From assembly GCA_052146795.1 (NCBI GenBank), contig JBKQMH010000106.1, forward strand, positions 390-64,389: a stretch of DNA of 64,000 nucleotides. Direction: 5' to 3'. Of the stretch, positions 59,560 to 64,000 are shown in pieces. The notes under the pieces are model-generated. The model worked only from the letters and a program-made list of their open reading frames with translations. It did no database searches and had not been told where the DNA came from. The stretch is from Verrucomicrobiia bacterium (lineage in GTDB: Bacteria > Verrucomicrobiota > Verrucomicrobiia > Palsa-1439). The translations under genes and the position numbers were made by a program. Positions within the stretch are counted from its first letter, which is position 1. Each line of letters opens with the position of its first letter.

Positions 59560-59578
59560 GATCTTCGTCATTTCTGGC

Positions 59579-61120
59579 TCATTTCGCGTACTCCACGGCC
59601 CGTGTTTCACGAACCACGGTGACCTTGATCTGGCCGGGGTACTGCAATTCCTGCTCGATCTTTTTGCTGATGTTGCGCGCCATTTGAACCGCCTCATCGT
59701 CGGTGACACTATTCGGCTGCACAAATACGCGAATCTCCCGTCCCGCCTGAAGCGCGTAGCTCTTATCGACACCGGGGAAAGCGTTGGCGACGGTTTCGAG
59801 CTTCTCGAGGCGGTGGAGGTACAGATCCACGCTTTCGCTCCGTGCCCCGGGTCGCGACGCGCTAATGGCGTCCGCCGCACTCGCCAGCACGCCGTACGTG
59901 GTGATCGGCTCAACTTCGTGGTGGTGACAAGCCACCCCCTGCCACACCTCCTCCGGCTCGCCGTACTTCCTGAGAAGTTCGGCACCGATCTTGGCATGCG
60001 AACCTTCGACTTCGTGGTCCACCGCCTTGCCGATGTCGTGGAACAGGCCCACACGTTTGGCGATCTGCTGGTTGAGACCGAGTTCCGCCGCCATCATGCC
60101 CTCAATCTCGGCGACTTCCACCGAGTGGTCCAGCACGTTCTGGGCAAAACTGTGGCGGAATCGAAGTCGTCCAAGCAACCGGGTCACTTCGGGATGCACC
60201 TTTTGCAACCCGACCCGAATTACGGCTTCCTCACCCGCCTTGTGGATCAGCCCGTCCAGTTCTTCACGGACCTTCGCGACCTCCTCCTCAATGCGGGCCG
60301 GGTTGATCCGGCCATCGGCGATGAGGCGTTCCAACGTCTGCCGGGCCAACTCGCGACGGACGGGGTCGAACCCACTGAGCACCACCGCCTGCGGCGTGTC
60401 ATCAATGAGCACGTTGATCCCCGTGGCAGCTTCAAAGGCGCGAATGTTCCGGCCCTCGCGGCCAATGATCCGCCCTTTCATCTCTTCGCTTGGGAGCGCA
60501 ATCGTACAGTTTGTCGCCGTCTGGACGTAGCTCGACGCGCACCGCTCAATGGCAATGGTGATGGTCCGCTTGGCTTCGCGGTCGGCCTGCTCTTTGGCCT
60601 CATCGATGATCCGTCGGGTCATCGCGGCGGCTTCACCACGTACGTCCTCCTGAAGCTGCATCAGCAATCGCTTCTTGGCTTCCTCGGCGGTGAGACCCGC
60701 CACCCGTTCCAGCTCCCGCTGGGTCAGCTTTTTCAAGTCGTCAATCTCGGTCTGAATCTTGTGGAGTTCCTTTTCGCGTTCCACAACCGTCACTTCCTTC
60801 TTGGAAACCTCCTCCGTCTTTCGGTCGAGCAAATCAGCCTTGCGATCCAAATTGGACTCGCGCTGCATGACCCGCCTTTCCGTTTCCTGGAGTTCCTGCC
60901 GTCGATCTTTACTTTCCTTGTCAAACTGCTCTCGTGATTTGAATGTTTCTTCCTGCGCTTTTACCCGCGCATCCCGAAGCGTTTCTTCCGCTTCCTTCCG
61001 CGCGGTCTCAATGATCCCACCAGCCGTTTTGGTGTCCGCTCTCGCCTTGGCCCGGCAAAGGAACCAGCCAACCGCGACGCCGACGACCAGGGTGATGAGA
61101 CCGATCATGATATAGGTCAT
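59579..61120 (-). CDS. rny: Ribonuclease Y
   Basis: N-terminal TM, coiled coil, KH (MKGRIIGREGRNIR), HD (LFHDIGKA), ISASRPGAR. Confidence 0.96.
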   Translation of the reverse strand: MTYIMIGLITLVVGVAVGWFLCRAKARADTKTAGGIIETARKEAEETLRDARVKAQEETFKSREQFDKESKDRRQELQETERRVMQRESNLDRKADLLDRKTEEVSKKEVTVVEREKELHKIQTEIDDLKKLTQRELERVAGLTAEEAKKRLLMQLQEDVRGEAAAMTRRIIDEAKEQADREAKRTITIAIERCASSYVQTATNCTIALPSEEMKGRIIGREGRNIRAFEAATGINVLIDDTPQAVVLSGFDPVRRELARQTLERLIADGRINPARIEEEVAKVREELDGLIHKAGEEAVIRVGLQKVHPEVTRLLGRLRFRHSFAQNVLDHSVEVAEIEGMMAAELGLNQQIAKRVGLFHDIGKAVDHEVEGSHAKIGAELLRKYGEPEEVWQGVACHHHEVEPITTYGVLASAADAISASRPGARSESVDLYLHRLEKLETVANAFPGVDKSYALQAGREIRVFVQPNSVTDDEAVQMARNISKKIEQELQYPGQIKVTVVRETRAVEYAK

Positions 61121-61710
61121 TGTCGGTTACCCCTGGGGTTGACCACTCGTGTTTCCGTCACAATGAAGTCCATGCGGGCGTCGTGCGCTTCCGCCGGGAC
61201 CTCGTCCAATACCTGGAAATCGAAGACCAGCGCAATCTTGACACCGCTGGTTTGTCCCAGCAGGCGGTCGAAATGACCCAATCCGCGGCCCAATCGGTTT
61301 CCCGTTTCGTCGAACGCCAACCCGGGCACCAGCACGGCGTCAATTTGATCGAGCGCCGCCGGTCGTATCGCCCCGGGTTTCGGTTCTAAAATTCCAAACT
61401 TGCCCGTCGTCAACTCGGCATCAAAATCATGCAACTCGGATGCAACGTAGTGTTGCGTCGCCGTTTCAAATCGCGGCACGCATACCTGTCGGCCCATCGC
61501 GAGCAACTGGCGGATCAGTCCCTGCGTGTCCACTTCGTTTCCCGTGGATACGTACACCAGCAGCCGCGGGGCGATTGCGAATTCTTTCAGGACCGAGAGC
61601 CGCTCCCAGATGGCCGCGCTTTTCGCGCGGACATCGGCCGCGCCCTGCCCGGCCAGGCGCGCGCGCATCTGTTCCCGCAACGCTACTTTTTCTTGAGCAG
61701 TTGCTTCCAT
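61117..61710 (-). CDS. ygfA: 5-formyltetrahydrofolate cyclo-ligase
   Basis: VLVPGLAFDETGNRLGRGLGHFDR, HDARMDFIVTE. Confidence 0.92.
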   Translation of the reverse strand: MEATAQEKVALREQMRARLAGQGAADVRAKSAAIWERLSVLKEFAIAPRLLVYVSTGNEVDTQGLIRQLLAMGRQVCVPRFETATQHYVASELHDFDAELTTGKFGILEPKPGAIRPAALDQIDAVLVPGLAFDETGNRLGRGLGHFDRLLGQTSGVKIALVFDFQVLDEVPAEAHDARMDFIVTETRVVNPRGNRQ

Positions 61711-63017
61711 TTGTCCATTCGTTCGCGGACCTTGATCTCGAAGCCTTGGTCGCCCGGCTCGTAATACTTGCGATGCTCGGGCAGGTGGTCTTGTTCGACA
61801 ATGTGTCCTTCGAAATCGTGGGCGTATTTGTACCCTTCGCCGTGGCCAAGCCGCGCCGCGCCCTTGTAATGTGTGTCTTTGAGGTGCGCGGGGATTTCCA
61901 GCGTTCGCCCCTGCTCCACGTCAGCTTTCGCGCTCCAGATCCCTTTCGCGCTGGCATTCGATTTCGGCGCCGTCGCGCAATAGACCGTCGCTTCCGCCAA
62001 CGGCAACTCGCCTTCGGGCCAGCCAATGAATTCCACGGCGTGATGCGCCGCCACCGATAGCACGAGCGCCTGCGGGTCCGCCAGGCCGATGTCTTCCGCG
62101 GCCAGGATCACGATCCGTCGCGCGATGAACCGGGGGTCTTCCCCAGCAACCACCATTTTCGCGAGCCAGTACAACGCGGCGTCGGGATCGCTCCCGCGCA
62201 TCGACTTGATGAAGGCCGAAATCGTGTCGTAATGCTCGTCCTCGTCCGCGTCGTAGACCACGGCCTTCTTCTGGATCGATTCCTCGGCAATCTGTTTGGT
62301 GATATGTCCCGACGGGGTGGTCAGGACGCCGATTTCCAGCGAGTTCAGCGCCTTGCGTCCGTCGCCATCGCACGCCGTGGCGAGAAAATCCAGTGCGCCG
62401 GCGTCCACTTTGATTTTCTTGGCGCCGAGGCCGCGCTCCTTGTCCGCCAGCGCTCGCCGCATCAATTCCTTGATGTCGGCCGGTGTCAGCGGTTTGAGTT
62501 GGAAAATCTGCGAGCGCGACACGAGCGGCGAGTTGATATAGAAAGACGGGTTATGTGTTGTCGCACCGATCAGGCGGATCGTCCCGTTCTCCACGTCGGG
62601 CAGCAACACGTCCTGTTGCGCTTTGTTGAACCGGTGAATCTCGTCAATGAACAGGATCGTGCGTTGACCCGTGTTGGCGAGACGATTGGCGGCGGTGGCG
62701 ATGACGCGACGGATGTCCGCGACATTCGATTCCACGCCGCTCAGGCTCTCGAACTTGCTTTTGGTGGCGTTGGCGATGACCCGGGCAAGCGATGTCTTGC
62801 CCGTCCCCGGTGGACCATAAAGGATGATGGAACTGATGCGGTCGGCTTTGATCGCACGCCAGAGGAGCTTGCCTTCTCCGAGTATGTGGCCTTGCCCGAC
62901 GAACTCCTCCAGCGTGCGCGGGCGCATTCGCGTGGCCAATGGAGCGGTGGCGAGGTCGCCAGCCTCCGCCGTGGCGGCGGGTCTCAGGGATTGGTTGGAA
63001 AATAGGTTCTCGGTCAT
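61683..63017 (-). CDS. rarA: Replication-associated recombination protein A
   Basis: PLATRMRP, GPPGTGKT, FIDEIHRFNKAQQD, SAFIKSMRGSDPDAA, YKYAHD. Confidence 0.95.
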   Translation of the reverse strand: MTENLFSNQSLRPAATAEAGDLATAPLATRMRPRTLEEFVGQGHILGEGKLLWRAIKADRISSIILYGPPGTGKTSLARVIANATKSKFESLSGVESNVADIRRVIATAANRLANTGQRTILFIDEIHRFNKAQQDVLLPDVENGTIRLIGATTHNPSFYINSPLVSRSQIFQLKPLTPADIKELMRRALADKERGLGAKKIKVDAGALDFLATACDGDGRKALNSLEIGVLTTPSGHITKQIAEESIQKKAVVYDADEDEHYDTISAFIKSMRGSDPDAALYWLAKMVVAGEDPRFIARRIVILAAEDIGLADPQALVLSVAAHHAVEFIGWPEGELPLAEATVYCATAPKSNASAKGIWSAKADVEQGRTLEIPAHLKDTHYKGAARLGHGEGYKYAHDFEGHIVEQDHLPEHRKYYEPGDQGFEIKVRERMDKWKQLLKKK

Positions 63018-63109
63018 GACCACCAATCTGGCCCCGGATTCTGAGCCGCGTGTGATCCGTGGCGTTGACCGACAGGAGCCCGAACGCCTCGCGAGGCTGG
63101 GCACCAAAA

Positions 63110-63291
63110 CGAAATACCCCGCCGTAATGCCGTCTAAACGATATCTTTGAACCCCTTACTAATAGGGGGCTCTGCCGGCTGTTTCATGCTTCCAGTGAAG
63201 GCATGCAATCCACAACCGAACACCGAGCTCCGTCAATGACGGTGTTGGCTCAAAGAAGTGTCGTTTGTTACGAACATGGCAGGGTATTTCG
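63110..63291 (-). ncRNA. ssrS: 6S RNA
   Basis: 182 nt; ends pair (CGAAATACCCTGCCAT with ACGGCGGGGTATTTCG); internal TCTTTGAGCC pairs with GGTTCAAAGA; position upstream of ygfA-rny is canonical. Confidence 0.8.
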
Positions 63292-63426
63292 AAAATCTTG
63301 CCTTGGCAAAGAACATCGGCGACCACCGTCGCCCGCTTGCTTCCCTTGTAACATTTGTCCCGATCGAATTCAAGAATATTCCAGTCACTTTTAATGGTCG
63401 TCGCTTAATTACCCTGCTCATGTACA

Positions 63427-64000
63427 TCAGCTCTCGCGAATCTCACACTTCAACGTCTGCACCAACGAACGTTTCAACTGTTCATGCGCCCCGTTAACCT
63501 CCACATCCGTCAGCGTTCTGTCCGCCGCGCGGAACGTCAACGAGTACGCCATTGATTTCTTTCCTGTCGGTATCGAACCCCCCATATATATATCAAAAAG
63601 TTCGACCCGTTCCAAGACTTTATTTCGACCCTTATCGATGGCCGCCACGATCTCGGCATGTGACACCGTGTCATCCACCACCAGGGCCATATCGCGCACC
63701 ACGGCGGGAAACTTGGGCAATTCACGAAACGTCTTTTCATGCGTTTGCGCCGCCAGCAAGGACCCCAACTCCAGTTCCGCGACATACACCGCATCACGCA
63801 GGTCAAGCTTTTTTGCCTGAATGGGCGAAATCTGTCGAATCTCGGCGGTGAGCGCCACACCCAATGCGTCCCCCACCTCATCCAGCGCGCCCTTCACATC
63901 ATAATAATCCAGCTTGGCTTCCCGTGCGCCTGTCTCCCAGGAATCCGGTTGGCGCCGCCCGGTGACCGCCAGCGCCACGTGCAACGATTCTTTCCCATCC
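63427..64000 (-). CDS. pheT: Phenylalanine-tRNA ligase beta subunit, C-terminal part
   Basis: KFPAVVRDMALVV, LFDIYMG, KKSMAYSLTFRAADRTLTD (FDX-ACB domain). Confidence 0.93.
   Translation of the reverse strand, partial: DGKESLHVALAVTGRRQPDSWETGAREAKLDYYDVKGALDEVGDALGVALTAEIRQISPIQAKKLDLRDAVYVAELELGSLLAAQTHEKTFRELPKFPAVVRDMALVVDDTVSHAEIVAAIDKGRNKVLERVELFDIYMGGSIPTGKKSMAYSLTFRAADRTLTDVEVNGAHEQLKRSLVQTLKCEIRES

Overview
GC-rich bacterial chromosome segment. By inference it is Verrucomicrobiota: it has secreted proteins with T/N-rich linkers and '...D-x-G-A-T-N...F/Y-Y-R' C-termini, an SBP-permease fusion, and several gene families I associate with that phylum. The backbone is mostly housekeeping: mgtA (partial), epimerase/PIG-L/ugd/lptD, ridA, thiL-tsaE-tsaB, alr, mazG, lemA-htpX, pgi, TPP riboswitch-thiC, iscA, MEMO, bioA/bioF, ymdB-rny-ygfA-rarA, a 6S RNA and pheT (partial). 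Small accessory inserts are scattered through it. The most interesting signals are: (1) a 437-bp unit bounded by a perfect 18-bp direct repeat that carries a promoter plus a gene made of only a signal peptide and a putative sorting domain, next to a GH27 multidomain gene and an IS66 relic; (2) a C-terminal domain shared by three unrelated secreted proteins, a possible lineage-specific export or anchoring signal; (3) an RNase Sa/barnase-like domain on a large secreted protein; (4) a diverged, frameshifted duplicate of the thiC 3' end that brackets a Gfo/Idh/MocA gene like an integration scar; (5) two ORF-free loci where a sigma70-like promoter faces the same AAACGAACCCAA/AAACGAAGCCAA repeat pair; (6) a four-helix-bundle gene with inverted-repeat flanks between rny and ymdB. 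lptD and a CII-like gene carry internal stops or a frameshift that may be assembly errors. All calls come from reading motifs by eye; no database searches were run.
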